In this document: positions 13,093 through 26,480 of the stretch, one piece after another
Layout: every line of letters begins with the position of its first letter
How positions within the stretch are numbered: position 1 is the stretch's first letter
NCBI GenBank assembly: GCA_028534125.1
Contig: CM052817.1
Coordinates: 62,932,001-62,996,000 of the forward strand
Direction: 5' to 3'
Length of the DNA: 64,000 bases
Source: Lama glama
Lineage: Eukaryota
Position numbers and translations under genes: made by a program
Notes under the pieces: generated by a model
What the model was told of the DNA's origin: nothing
Database searches by the model: none
What the model saw: only the letters and a program-made list of their open reading frames with translations

Positions 13093-14224
13093 AAATACAA
13101 TTCAATTTTTTTCTTTTCTCTTTTTGTTTTTCAAAATAAAAACCAATTAAATGTTTCATAATCTTATATTTTAAATTATATTGACTCTATTGGTTAAGAG
13201 AATTCTACATATAAAGTTTTATTGGTACCTATAACCAAATTATAATACAATATTGACATATTTTTTCATAATTAAACTTTCCTAAAAGCTTCTGTATACT
13301 TTAAGGAGCTGACAGTACACAATTGTTATACTAATTAAATTGCCAAAATAAGTGTTTGTGTTTTTAATCTTTACTATTTTTGTTCATACTTTAAGTATTC
13401 CCTTGATACATTAATAATCTGCAATAAAACTAGTTAAATAACAAGTCGTTTGACTTCATGTTCCAAAAATGTGGCTGACTAGATAAATTGCAGGCTTTCC
13501 AAACACTAACATTTAAGAAAACTATTTATGACAAGTTCACATATTCAATCCTAAGACTGAAATTGAAAAAAAAAAATATCACCAGGTGTAGGAAATGCAG
13601 AAGGAATTGAAAACAAAGGCAAGGGCTCCTTATGGCAAAAAGTGGGTGTGGGAGTGGAGGGTGGAGAAGTAGAGGTGGTTACCACATTAATCTATTATCT
13701 TTGTTGCATGGGGTCAGGAGGAAAGGCCTTAACCTATGAAATGCTAGGAATGGAACTAAGAAGCCTAAATATAAAACAGAGAAATTTAAAGAGCTATTAA
13801 GCTGCTAAATGTATAAACTGAGAAGATAATCTGTCCACTGGTGCAAATAAGTGAAAAAAGAAACTCGTCTCTCATAGGATCCAAGTGGAAGAAGGAATAT
13901 CTGTGAGAATTTGTAACCATGCCCTGTACCTTACCAGCTTTCTGTCTGAAGTGACCATAAGTTCCAAACCTTCCAAACTGAAAAATTGGTCCTGCACTAC
14001 TGATGACCCTGGAATGCTTTGTAAAATCAAACATAAAATTGATCAATTCACAGGATAACTACTGATAAATCCCACTGAAGAAGACCTTCACAAAGGAAAT
14101 TAATGAGGAAAACCAACACCAGGAGTGAGAGCCGGAGAGACAGTAATCCTCAAACACCTGCATAATAAAAAATCATTTAAATAATACAAAAGAAGTATAC
14201 TGAAAACATGAAAGACATATAATA

Positions 14225-14696
14225 GTAAACAATCTTATGATTACCAGGGAAAGGGGGTGAGAAGTAAAAAACAATAAATCTGGGAATTTGAGATTTACAA
14301 ATGTTAGACACTATATATAAAAATAGATTTTAAAAAAAGTTTCTGCTGTATAGCACAGGGAACTATGTTCAATATCTTGTAATAACTTTTAATGAAAAAC
14401 TATGAAAACAAATATATGTACGTATATTCATGACTTGGACATCGTGCTGTACACCAGAAACTGGCACACTGTAACCGATGGCACTTCAATTAAAAAATAA
14501 TAATAATAAATAAATAAATAAGCAATAAGGATATATTGTACAGAACAGGGAAACATAGCCATTATTTTGCAATAACTTTCAATGGAGTATAATCTATAAA
14601 AATACTGAATCACTATGTTGTACATCTGAAACTAATATAATATTATAAATCAATTATGTTTTAATTTAAAAAATACATATCTTCTAAATACTAAAA
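14225..14696 (+). mobile_element. Composite L1 insertion: younger L1 3' UTR, (TAA/TAAA) tail, second L1 3' end, short extra sequence and A tail, inside one 14-bp TSD
   Basis: AAAGACATATAATA at 14211-14224 and 14697-14710; two L1 termini (ctgtatagcacagggaactatgttcaatatc..cttcaattaaaaa; gatatattgtacagaacagggaaacatagcc..ttaatttaaaaaa). Confidence 0.85.
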
Positions 14697-14789
14697 AAAG
14701 ACATATAATAATGACTCTATATCATTATAAGATAAAACAAAAGAATATGAAAAACATATCAGCTATATTTACAAACTACCAAAACTACT

Positions 14790-14935
14790 TTTAACACCTT
14801 TATTGTGGTATAAGTACTGTACAGTAAATGTACACATATTTCAGATGTACAATTTGATGAATTTTGATAGGTGTATACATCTATGAAACTACCACCACAA
14901 TCAAGATAGCTAACATTTCCATCACTCTTCAAGAG
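14790..14935 (-). mobile_element. L1MB/MC-type 3' end fragment
   Basis: ctttattgtggtataagtactgtacagtaaatgtacacatatttcagatgtacaatttgatgaattttga..accaccacaatcaagatag. Confidence 0.7.
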
Positions 14936-14999
14936 GTGCAAATTTCAAACTCCTGATTTACTCCTTCCCATGCCCTTTACACTCTAGTAACCATAATAT

Positions 15000-17130
15000 A
15001 AACTACCCAAACTCTTAGAAGTGAAGAATATCATCACTAAAATAAAACATGCACAACAAACTAGTTAAATTAATAGGAAAATAAATAAACTGCAAGACAA
15101 AACTGAAGAAGTCACCTGAAATGTGACTTTATTAAGAGTTCAGAATTATGACAGAGAAATTAAGAAACATGGTGAATAAACTGAGAAACTTAAAAATAAA
15201 AATGCTTATAGGAATTCCACAAGTAGATAACCATTAGGAGTTGACGGGAGGTCATATTTGAAGAAATATTGGCTGAAAAATGTCCAGAATTCTTGAAAGA
15301 CTTGCAGCTTTGAGTCTTCCCATAGTTTAGGACTTGGGGATGGTGGGGGATGTATTCAGAAAAGAGATATACTCAAAGTCACGTGGAGAAGAAAGGTGAC
15401 CCAAAATTCTTGGCTTTTGTATGCTGGTGTAAAAATAGTGAGAAAAGGCATAAAGAAACTAGTCATGATGGTCCAAAGGCAGATAGTGGTGTACATACAG
15501 GATACAGTGGACTGCATTGGACAGGAAGACTTCCAGGGCTCCTGCTGGACTTCCACTGACAGAAGGTTTTGGCTGGACAGAGGCTAGTTGCCCTGAGCTT
15601 TCTGACTTCTAAAGTGGAGGACTGGAGGTTGGCAAAGCGTGCTCTAACCCAGATAAGATGGTGACCAGGACTCCTTGTTTACCTTTGGTGATAGGAACAG
15701 CTGGAAAAATTTATAAAAATCTATGATGATTAAGAAAGTGTGGCATTGGCATAGAATTAGAAAAATAGAAAAATTAATTTAAAAAGGATCAAAAACAGAC
15801 AAATGTAAGCATGATAGCATTATATACGATAGAGCAGTGCAAATCAGTGAGGAAAGACTGCATGGGCTAAATATTCATAAAGAAAAATCATTAAGATCCC
15901 TATGCCACATGGTATGCCAAAATAAATTCCAGATGAATTAAAGACATAAATGTGAAGAAAAGAAAATGTTTGAAAAGAAAGCATAAGAAAATCACAGGAT
16001 TCATAGGATTTTACCCATTATTTAAAATACACAAATTCATTATGGATCAAAAAGAAAAATAAACTCTAAGAAGACTATAAAATCAACTTGTGATATGTTG
16101 CTTCACTACATTTAAGGAAGCTGGCAAAATGTATTTGTGATTAAGTAATCATGATTATTTTCAAAACACACCCTGTTCAAAAAAAAAAAAGAATATCTTT
16201 ATTATATCAGCGTAGGGAAATATTTCTTAAGCAAGGCTAATAGGACAAAAAACCTAGAAATTTAAAAAAGAACCCTTACTAATCAATAAGAAAGGAAAGA
16301 TGAAGCATTGGAAAAATGGCAAAAATACAAATATATATACATATATTTATAAACAGATTGAGTCCTACCAGAAATGGGGGAAACACAAATTAGAATATTT
16401 GTATATCATTTCATAGCCATCACATTGACCAAAATTAATGTCTGAAAGCACTTGGTGTTTTTGTTGACAGTATGAAGAAATGGGACCTTTTACAGCTTTG
16501 CTGATAAGAGTTAAATTGCTATAAACAATTTTGAAATGAATTTGGTAATATCAAGAAAAGTTGATTATGCCCATATCCTTTGACCCAGAAAATGTATTTT
16601 CCTGTGAATAAGGAGACAAAAAAATGCTAATTATTGCAGTATCATTTTAAATAGGTAACTATGAACGTAACATTCTTGGTATAAAAAAATGTTTAAATTG
16701 ATTTATTAATATAATGTAAAACTACAAAGTAGTGCAAATAAATGAATGGTATAAATATCACTGTGAAGATTTTATAATTATAAAGTCAAGTGAGTAAGAA
16801 TATATACAATAAGAAACTATATAATGTAAAATACACAATTTAAATTGTTAATATTACAATGATAAATAAATATATAGTATAAGTTCTAATATATAAGTGT
16901 AAATGGAATATGTCAAGCTGGGGCATCTCCTTACCTCCGGGAAAGGAAAAGTTTAGAGAAATGGCAATGGAGCTTTAATTACATCTGTATCATTTTAGCT
17001 CTCTTTTTAATTAGATTTTTTGGAGCAAAAATGTTAACATTTATTTAATTTCAATGGTGGATATTTGTGTGCCTATTTTCTTATTGTTGCTCATTTCAAT
17101 ATATATGATATTCTTCATTATTTTAAATAA
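15000..17130 (+). mobile_element. Fragmented ancient L1 (ORF1-like 15000-15310; ORF2/3' UTR-like 15720-17130), interrupted
   Basis: atatttgaagaaatattggctgaaaaatgtccagaatt; aaagtgtggcattggcatagaattaga; aaaataaattccagatgaattaaagacataaatgtgaa; cccatatcctttgacccagaaaat. Confidence 0.6.
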
Positions 17131-17401
17131 AATGACTTCTTAGAGGCAAAATATTAAAACATTTGTTTAGGAGCAAAACTGCAATTCAAGAATAATTTGG
17201 GATTGTGGCTGTACTATGGTATAAATTAAGGCACATATTAACATAAAATTAGTAATTTTCCTACGCAAGGATCAGTAATGCTTAAACCTAGGGCTACATA
17301 GATGTTGCTGGAATCCTTAAATAGCTTGATGACAGGGAGGTGATACATGAGGTAATTTCTACTTTGTATACAGAAGCACACAGGCAAACACAGCATCTTA
17401 C

Positions 17402-18180
17402 TCCAGTACAAGGATTATTTTCCAGAATGATACAATATCTGGTAGAAACTGTTGCATTGGCAAACAGCGCCCAAGTAATTGTAATATACACATAAGATTA
17501 GAGTGGCTGATGTGTTCAAGAGGTTTTAGTGAGTAACTGTTTTTCTTCCAGAACAACTCCATAATGTGAATACATCTGTGGACCCTGTTGGGTGAAGTTC
17601 ACAGCATAAAGCTTATTTCTGCAATGACTGGGCTGCCAACATGCAGCTGGATTCTCTCCAGCATTCTCTGGAAGTAGCAAAGGATATGTAAAGGAAGGCT
17701 CTGCAAAGCGATTAAAGTCCCCCCTCTTCTCCAGTGTCATAGCTAGGAGAAAACATGTCCACTCTCCTGCCCCATTCTGACTCCGCCTGGTATTTTTATC
17801 TGGTCAGAATCCAGGACTACTTCTCCGTGACCATGCTCTCAAAGCAATTCAGCTCTCCCCTCTCTCCTGAGCTTCATACTGCCTCATGTGGAGAACAATG
17901 AGATGGGTTGTCTGCTCTTCTTAGTATATGTTAGGTGAGTCAGTGCCTGCTCTGAGGACGAGCCATGTTGTCTCTTTTCCTCACAGGCAGGTATGACTCG
18001 TTGGTGCCAAGATTTAGAATCAAGGAGGAAGTATAAAACTGCACTAGAGTTCAAGTTGAAGCCACGCAATCCAGTTTAGCTTATGCCAACGAGCATAAAG
18101 TATGCTTTGATTCCTATTCAGCTATGCACAGCGCTCCCGTAGGGACCCCTCAGGAGAAGAAGAACGATTAACGGAATGTT
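17402..18180 (-). other. Unique CpG-retaining block ending in a minus-strand splice donor; candidate first exon or promoter
   Basis: GGA|GTAAGA donor (GT 17401-17400); about a dozen CpGs in 17700-18180; no repeat motif recognised. Confidence 0.3.
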
Positions 18181-19244
18181 TTATACACCTGGCAGAAAAA
18201 TATTATAACACCATTAAAATATTGCCATTATATTCTGCAGACCCCATATGAGTAAACTCCTAGTCCATATGCAGGAAAATGTGGGTGCTACAGATTTTAA
18301 TCTAGGCACCAAAAATCTTCAAATGAAAATTCCCCAGAGAAGAAAGTCTCTAGAAAAGCTTATATATTAACAACACATTTACATACACTGAGTTTTCTTT
18401 ACTAATTGGCAAAACACTGTTCTTGGTTTTGTACATTTTTCATTAATTATTTTATTTCCCCCCAGGAAGCCCAACGAACTGGAGTAGGAATTATTTTCAA
18501 ATGGGAATATTTATTGTTTGTACAGTTATGCTACTTTTTAACTAGACTAACATGATCTGCTAATTAAATTCCCTTGGAAAACAAGGACTACATTATTAGG
18601 AGATATATTTCCACAAATGATTTTGCCATCTCTACCATTTAGTAAAATATTAAGAAGTTCTTCAAAACTCATTAGCAGTGGGAAGAATTAGGCTTTCTAT
18701 ACATGCAAATACTTTGGAGAATTTATGAAATGATAAACAGATTGGTGTTTGTTTCTTTGCTTCCCATGTAATAAGTCCCAAACCACTGAATATGTAAAGA
18801 GTCATTTTCTCATAGACATAAAGAGTTGTGTAAACATTTTCTGTCTGATCCTAAAAGCAGGAGAAGGGATGGCATGTTACCTATGACAGGATAGAGCAGG
18901 CTGGGAGGGTCAGATTGGGAGATCTCCCTCAGGGGTGGGTCACACACAGGTCATAGCAGGTACCAGGAAGAAGTCTAGCCACACAGACAAAGCGGATACA
19001 TCGTAGATAGTAACGCAATTCCACAGGGAGTTTTGCCTCAAAGAGCTCCAACACAGGACACAGTATTTTTCAAATAGGCAAGTAGAGAATAGCAATAAGG
19101 AATCCAAAACAAATGTTATTTAACAGATCAGACCGGAAATCAGGAACTCAACATCAGGGAAGTCTTTGGCGGTGGAGGAAAGGGAACTAATCCATACAGG
19201 GTATGCCAGGCACCAGAATGGAAAGTTATGCACACTGATACATT

Positions 19245-19362
19245 TCATCCTCAATAAATCTCAAATAGTTTTCATACTATGAAAAAGAAAACTGTGGACC
19301 AGACAGGTTAATTATAGCTGGTACCTGGTATTCAAACCTTGTCTGACTCCAAATCCTTAATG
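19245..19362 (-). mobile_element. MIR SINE remnant
   Basis: aaaaagaaaactgtggaccagacaggttaa..ctggtattcaaaccttgtctgactccaaatcc. Confidence 0.55.
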
Positions 19363-22074
19363 CGTTGAAAATGAAAAGCGTGCTATATTTAATTAGCATA
19401 TAAATCTATAAATCACCCCAGCCTGGGCAGCTTGGAATGAATAAATATGAATATTTTCAAATAACAGGAGTCTTAAAATGTTCAAGGGTCTCAGTATTAT
19501 TGTGTCCTTATTAATTTTTATGTTTTATAACTACAGAGGAGATACTAAACATTTGCCATAAGGTCATGGGGGGAAATGAGGCATTTCAACGTATCTAGGT
19601 GGTATCTGAAGTCTACAGAATGCTTTTTGGCATTCAGAAAGACTCTGTTCCTACGTGATTAAGGTCCTAGTTAAAACTGTTGATAGATACTACTGAGGAA
19701 AAACTAGCGGGTTTTTTGGGTAGAGTGGAGATAGTGCTATAGTTTAACCAAAACTCTTAATATTTCCACCTTCCTGTGTAGATGGAAAGCCATGCATGTA
19801 TGTAGATTTTACCAAATTTATATGATCATAGAAATATCTGTTTGTGCTGAATCAGCCTGAGAAATTAGTTCTTCTGGGAATCTATTTTAGTAAGCAATGC
19901 TCTTTTGGGAGTAGGGGGGTGAAGTGGACATTGGTGGAGGAAGCTTTGTCTGGGGCAAAATCTGGCAAGAAAATTATAGAACTAGAATCCTGAAATAACT
20001 AGGTTCCTAACTAATCAGCCAGTCTCTAAGAAAAGACACAAAGCTGAGTTTTGAGAACAGAAATAAACAGGTCCGAATCAGACAAGGAGGAAGGGTGCTT
20101 TAAAGTTGAGCTCCTGAGGATTATCATAGAGCCGCCTGAATCTCTTCTTCGTAAAAATGGGGCTGTTTTATATATTCTGGCCAGATGATGGGTAAACAAG
20201 AGTGTGTGTAAATGTGTACAAGGGATGCAAAATGGATACTGATCTGAGGAGAAGAAAACAGAATATCAAAACCAGCTGAGACTGGAGAACAATTCAGGGT
20301 AAAAATATCCCCTTCGATCTTAAGCTTATATTCTGGATTAAAATACTATGAGACAGCTAAATTGCATAAAATGATAGTTTGATTGATTAGGCTGGTAGAC
20401 TGGATCCTTTAAAAGCATAAAATACATCTGCTATGCAGGCGAAAATAGTCTTGTGAGAAAAATGTACACCAATAAATGAAACAATTAATCTGCTAATTTT
20501 GTGTGTTCCTTTGAATACCAACATTTGGAAACATTTGGTAATTTTCTGTTAAGAAGTACACACAAATTCAGTCTCTAGATAATCCTCAAGCAGATCATGG
20601 ATAAACAGATCATGTGGGATAAAATAAGAAGTCTCCAGGTAAAGTCAAGGCTTTTGTTTCACTTTTTAGTTCCCAATTCCAGTAACTCTGTGACATTATT
20701 CTTATCTCTTATGAATACGGCAAGGTTATTCTCCTCACTTGCACATTCACTAAAGCAATAAATCAGTGACTAATTGTACTTCACATTCTCCATGTCAAGT
20801 GTGGTTTGTGATGATTTACATTATTTAGAACTATAAAAATGAAATGAAACCACTGCCGTCAATGATTACAGTAAAGGGCACAGAAGGAAATCGTAGCATT
20901 TTCAAGAAAAGGGTAACTTCTGCTTTAGAGGCATTATCACTGCTTGGTGACTCTACTGTTCCTAACCTGTCACCCATTAGAGTCAGAGCAATTACTGCAA
21001 TCCTCTGTGGAACCAATATTTTGCTATGTTTTATCATCTCAATATAGATACATTAAAAATGGTGCTGTGTCATCATCATTGTCATGACAAAAGATAAGCC
21101 TTCAGGTAAAACTTAGCATTATCCTACAAGGTAAAGTTTTTATAACATTTTCAGTTTGAAATTTGTCATTTGTACTTTGCAAGGTCACCACAAGTTTCTG
21201 AGAGACAGCGTATATTTTTAAAAATTAGAAAAGAGTGGCTCGTTTCCTTTCCACCAAGCAATATGTTGCAAACTATTTTGATTGAATTGATAAAAAACAT
21301 GATTATTTGCAAGTAAGATGATATGTTTTCCATATGTATATACCCACCATCACAGTAAATGGAGTCATTCCTATTTTATACCTCTAACCTTTATATTGCT
21401 TTAGATAAAAAAATAAAGTCATATCTCACAAACTTTATTTCTATAGTTTAACAATCTATAAACTGCTACTGAAGGAAGAAAAGATAATAAAAATGGGTAG
21501 TTAAGAAGAAATAAATAATACAGACTTTCCAAGAATTCATATATTTAATCTTTAATTAATAGAAAGCACAAGATATTGAGGAATATTATCTGGGCTTGAA
21601 GGGTGAAAGGTAATCTTGTAACTTTGCATCAAATAATAAAAACAACAAACACAAAAATGCTATAGGGTTGAAAAAATGCTGTAGAGGTTGAACTCTCTCC
21701 AACCTAGGTACCCGTCATGGAGCTGTTTGTCTGAAGGACTGATGAAAAACTGGGAAAAATCTCACTCTAAGGGAAGACATCTTCATGATGTGCTTGTTTC
21801 ACAGGTAATGTGTCAGCATCAGAGAGGAGTATGTGAGCGATCAATGCCTCTATCTTAAATTGTCTTAACCCTTCTGCTCTTCCTTTTAAGATCATCTCTA
21901 AATTTAGAGAAGGCCTACAAAAAATACTAAGTCAAACATGAGACACAGTGAGCACAGAACTGCCTTGAGTATACATAAGGAGGGTAGCACAAAGAGGAGG
22001 AGGAAGGGTGCAGCCTGGTTTGTCCTTGGGGAGTCTGTCGGACCACAGTGGAGCAAGAACCAGACTCAGTGGCC

Positions 22075-22205
22075 TACACAAGAAATAGACCATTACCAGC
22101 ACCCCAGAATCTCCTCAAGCCCTCTCCAGTCACAATTCACCTCTAACCCTCAGTGGTAACCATTATTCTGACTTCTTGCATATGGATCTATATGACCCAC
22201 CTTTA
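22075..22205 (-). mobile_element. Old L1 (L1ME/MB) 3' fragment
   Basis: aagaaatagaccattaccagcaccccagaatctcctc..ggtaaccattattctgacttct. Confidence 0.55.
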
Positions 22206-22919
22206 GTTTTAGGTTAATAATGCCATATCCAGACCATTTAAGAGAGACAAGCCATCTCTTAAAGGAGAAGCTAAGAACTGTCTCTTGTCTTGCCTTTCTA
22301 TTTCCCATTTCAGAATAGATAATTGAATTTTTACCTTTCAAGACTGATTTAAAGTCTGAAAAAAAAATCTGGACATCTGACAGCAAATCAGACTAAGCAA
22401 TTATGAGAAACCCTTAGTAATTTATGTTTAGAATTACCTCTGCATGAGTAATCTGTAGGTTCAAGGGAGACTGATTGAACAAAAAAAGACATGTAAATAG
22501 AACAATGGATAAATGTAGGGAAAAAGGAGAGAAATGGATATATGAAGAAATGGATATATGAAGAATAGTCTTATATGTTTAATATATTAGTTTTTCTTTT
22601 TTTATTTAATGAATATCAAATAACTTTAAATAGCCAAACATTTTAACATTCATTTGGGATTTAAAACATCATATTCTGTTAAAATTTTTTTTCTAATTTT
22701 ATTTTACAACTTCTTAGTTGAATCTTCAGCCTTTATATTACCCTGCTAAGAAAACTTCACATAACTTTAAAAACAAGGAATAAAACCCACTAGCTTCAAG
22801 ATAAACACAATATAAAATCTACAAGGGAAATACCTTTTCCATAAGTCTTTAAAGCAAGTATTTTAGAAGTATACTGTGAAAAGACTTCACAGTTTCATTA
22901 TAAAGGAACAACCAAAATA

Positions 22920-24790
22920 CCAGGAGTCATCAGATTAGAATTACCTCATCTTCCCACCAACAAACCTAATAACCTACTCATACATGTTTCCATAAAATCT
23001 GCCTTTCCCCCATCACAATATATTGTACAACAAACTCTATCCCATTTTGCTGTTGAAATTATTCTCTCTCATTTGTATCACTGAATTTTCCCATGCTACT
23101 GAACTATTTTCCTTTAGTCAACTGACACATCTTGCAAGATTTCTCAAACTAAAATGGTACCAAAGCAACAAATGGTAATTGTACACCATTGATCATCCCT
23201 CCCTTGAATCACTCTCTTCCCTTGACTCTTAGGAAACCATATCCTACAGGTTTTCTTTCTTTCTGAATGACTGTTCCTTTTAAATATCCTTTTCTGATTG
23301 CTCTTTTTTTTCTGCCTTTAGATTTTTAGAGTGTTCCTTGATTGAGTCCTCAGAAGTCTTCAGTCTCCACACTCACTTGCTAGGTGTTCTTATCTCATCC
23401 CTTAACTTTAAATACCACCTCTGTGCTGAAGCATTCTAAATGTCTATCTGATGCATTTCAAATGTATGCCTCCAGCCCTAAGCTTTCTTCTGAGTATCAG
23501 ACTCATATATCTAACTATCTAATAGACATTTCCCATATAGCTGTACAGAACAGAAATCTTGTTTTCCCTCCTATAGCCACCCTCACCTTTGACCAGTCAT
23601 GTTCTTACTCTTCAGTAATGTAAATTTCATTCATCTAGTTTTTCCAGCCAATGCTTAGAAATTATCCCAAACTCCTCTCTTCCAAAATGACTATCTGTTA
23701 TGGGTTGAACTGTGTCTCCCCCTCCTATCTAAAATATTCATATGTTAAAGCCCTAAACCCCAGTAACTCAGAATATGGCCATATTTGGTGGTAGGGTCTG
23801 TACAGAGGAAATTAAGGTAAAATGACATCATTAGAATGAATCCTAACCAAATATGGCTGATGTCCTTATACAAAGAAGGAATTTGGACACAGATACAGAA
23901 AAAAAAGGTGACAAGAAGGCACAGGAAGAAAACTGATATCTACAAGCTAAAGAAAGAAGCCTGGATTGAACCTTTTTTCATAGTCCTCAGAAGGAACCTA
24001 CCTTGACTCATATTTCTAGCCTCCAGAAATCTGAGGAAAATAAACTTTTATTGTTTGAGCCAGCTAGTCTGTTGCTAGGACAGCCCGGTTGCAGTAATAC
24101 AATATCCATCCCACCAACCTGTTTTATCAGCTCTACCTTCAACGTCTATCACAACTCTGACCATATTCAGCACTTAGCTCATCCCCTGACTCACAACCTC
24201 TCCTCTTGAGGTCAATGAGAACCTGCTGACTAGTCTCTGTATTTCCGCTCTTGACCCCAAAAATCAATGGATAGAATCATATTTTAACAATACAAATCTT
24301 GTATTTCTTTGCTGCTCAAACCATCCACTGGCTTCCTATCAATGAATTCAAATATCATTCCTTAGCCTACAAAGTCTTAAACGATCTAGCTTCTGCTCAA
24401 CTTTTTGATCCCATCTCCTACCACCTCAGGCTTCACTCTCACTTGCCTTCTTGCTGATGAATACATTCATCTTTTTGCCACTCCAGGATATTGACAGATG
24501 CTCTTCCCTCTCCTTTTCCCAGGATTTTCACATATGTTCTCTCTTAGTCCATTCTTGTCTAGATGAAGTGACACCTTTTCAGAGAGTCATTCCCTGACCA
24601 CCTACAATATGTACTCTCCATCTGTTTACCTGTTATTATATTATAATACACTTGTTTGCATTTTCCTGTATTTCTCACCCAGTAGAAGGTAAGCTCCTTG
24701 AGGGCAAAGGCTTTGTTTGTATCATAGTACCACCAGAATCTAGAATAACGTCTGGCGATATCTGCTGATGAGTTGATATATGAAGTCACT
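22920..24790 (+). mobile_element. L2 LINE 3' portion, split by an MLT1B LTR
   Basis: cttaactttaaataccacctctgtgctga, ctccagccctaagctttcttctgagtatcagactcatatatctaact, agaaggtaagctccttgagggcaaaggctttgt. Confidence 0.75.
23696..24101 (+). mobile_element. MaLR solo LTR, MLT1B-like, inserted in L2
   Basis: Starts tgttatgggttgaactgtgtc, ends taataca; 5-bp TSD ctatc (23691-23695) / atatc (24102-24106). Confidence 0.85.
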
Positions 24791-25639
24791 GCCCTGTACC
24801 ACAAAATGCCTCACATAATACCAGGGTCCCTGAAACAACCACTAATATTTAATGCCAAAATACATCTCACCCTGAACATTTACAATACTTCATTAACAGA
24901 AAGAACAGAAACATATCCTTCTCAACCATGTATTTTGCTTCATTTTCTTTGGATCCTATGATTTTTATATTTAAGAAAAAGATCAAGAACTTATTACCCA
25001 TTTGTCTCCATTAGATTTCTCAGTTATCAAGTTAGTATTTCTTAAACTTGCTATGTGAAAAACATTTTTGACAAAGAAATAGAAAAATCTGAAATCATAT
25101 TTGAAGGTTTTCATTTCTGACATATCTGGTTAGGTCTCAGAGTGCAAGTTGCCAGAGAAATCTACTTCTTTACTCGGTACACATTCTCCCTCCCACTAGG
25201 CCAAGCCTTAGTGAGACCCTTTTTGATTAGAAGTTTCTTTTCATTCTGGTAAGATGAAATGTTTAAGGATACATCAAAGTATACTTGATCAGCTGAAGCT
25301 GATCAGCTGAAGATATTCTTTACAAAAATCGTTAATGCATGCCTTTATCTTAATGAGTAGACAAGATTTCAAAACAAGCATGCTGTTTTAAAATAGATCT
25401 CTTCACTGTTATTTTCTAAGAGACAACCAAGGTCATCTTTATATTGGGAGTAAAAGGTTTAGATTTTCTTAAAACTTGTAAAATAAATCTCGACACTGAT
25501 TAAGTAACTCCTAAGGTCTTCTGATGGAAAAATATTTTGTTATACATTTTAAGGGGTGTAAATAACATAGAATCATCACAACTCAGAATTTTTTTGTGGT
25601 TGGTAGGTGTCATGTTTTGGTTTCAGAAGATTCAATCAC

Positions 25640-26480
25640 TGATTTATTAGTTCAATAAAACTTACTGAACACCAGATAAAAGCTATGTTCAATGTTAGGC
25701 ACTGAGCACACCCAAGGTGAATTAGGTATGTTCTTGCTTTTGAAAAACTCAGAAGCTCAGGAAGACAGCCATGTAACAAATAAATACAATGTAACATGAT
25801 AATTATAATGATAATAGTAATAAATTCTTATTAATTTTTGTAATTATTTATTCCACAGATTGCAGTGTTCTTAGGGTGCTTGTAGACTCTCAGAGTAAGC
25901 GCTTCAAGATGGTCAGGAAGTGATACTTGCGTTTTGGATAATGAACAAGGGCATGCAGGGAAACAGTGAACATGGAGGGAAAGAATCACTAGCAGAAAAA
26001 ATGCCTCTGTGTAAGGTCATGGAACCAAAATATGAATTTTAATTGCTTTCTTGGAAAAAGTGAGAACTTCAGTGTTGCTGAAGCAAAAGCTTTTGAAGAA
26101 GATAGGGATGATTATATCTGGTATGAAATGAAAGAGGTAAACTGAGTCCAAATTGTGTGCCAGTTTGGATGCCTTCTATACCATATGGCAGTATGCAATT
26201 TCATAATGACGGCAAAGGTGAACCAACAGAAATCTTTTAGTTAGAAAAATGTGATTAGATATTTTATGAAGATAAATCTGGTGACACTGAGAATATATAT
26301 AAAAGTGGATAAAAATGGTGTTGACAGGAGCATTTACCAGGCTGTTGCACTTGAAAGACATTAAGGACCTAGACTGAAAAGGATAATAAGCATAGATCAA
26401 AAGAAATGGCCGAATTTCAGAGACATTCCTGATATATTCAAATGAATTCAGTGTCTAAGTGGAAGAGACAATGACAGTAA
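25640..26480 (-). mobile_element. L2 LINE 3' portion (degenerate)
   Basis: ttcaataaaacttactgaacacc..gttaggcactgag.., tagattttatgaagataaatctggtgacactg; reverse L2 terminus pattern. Confidence 0.55.
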
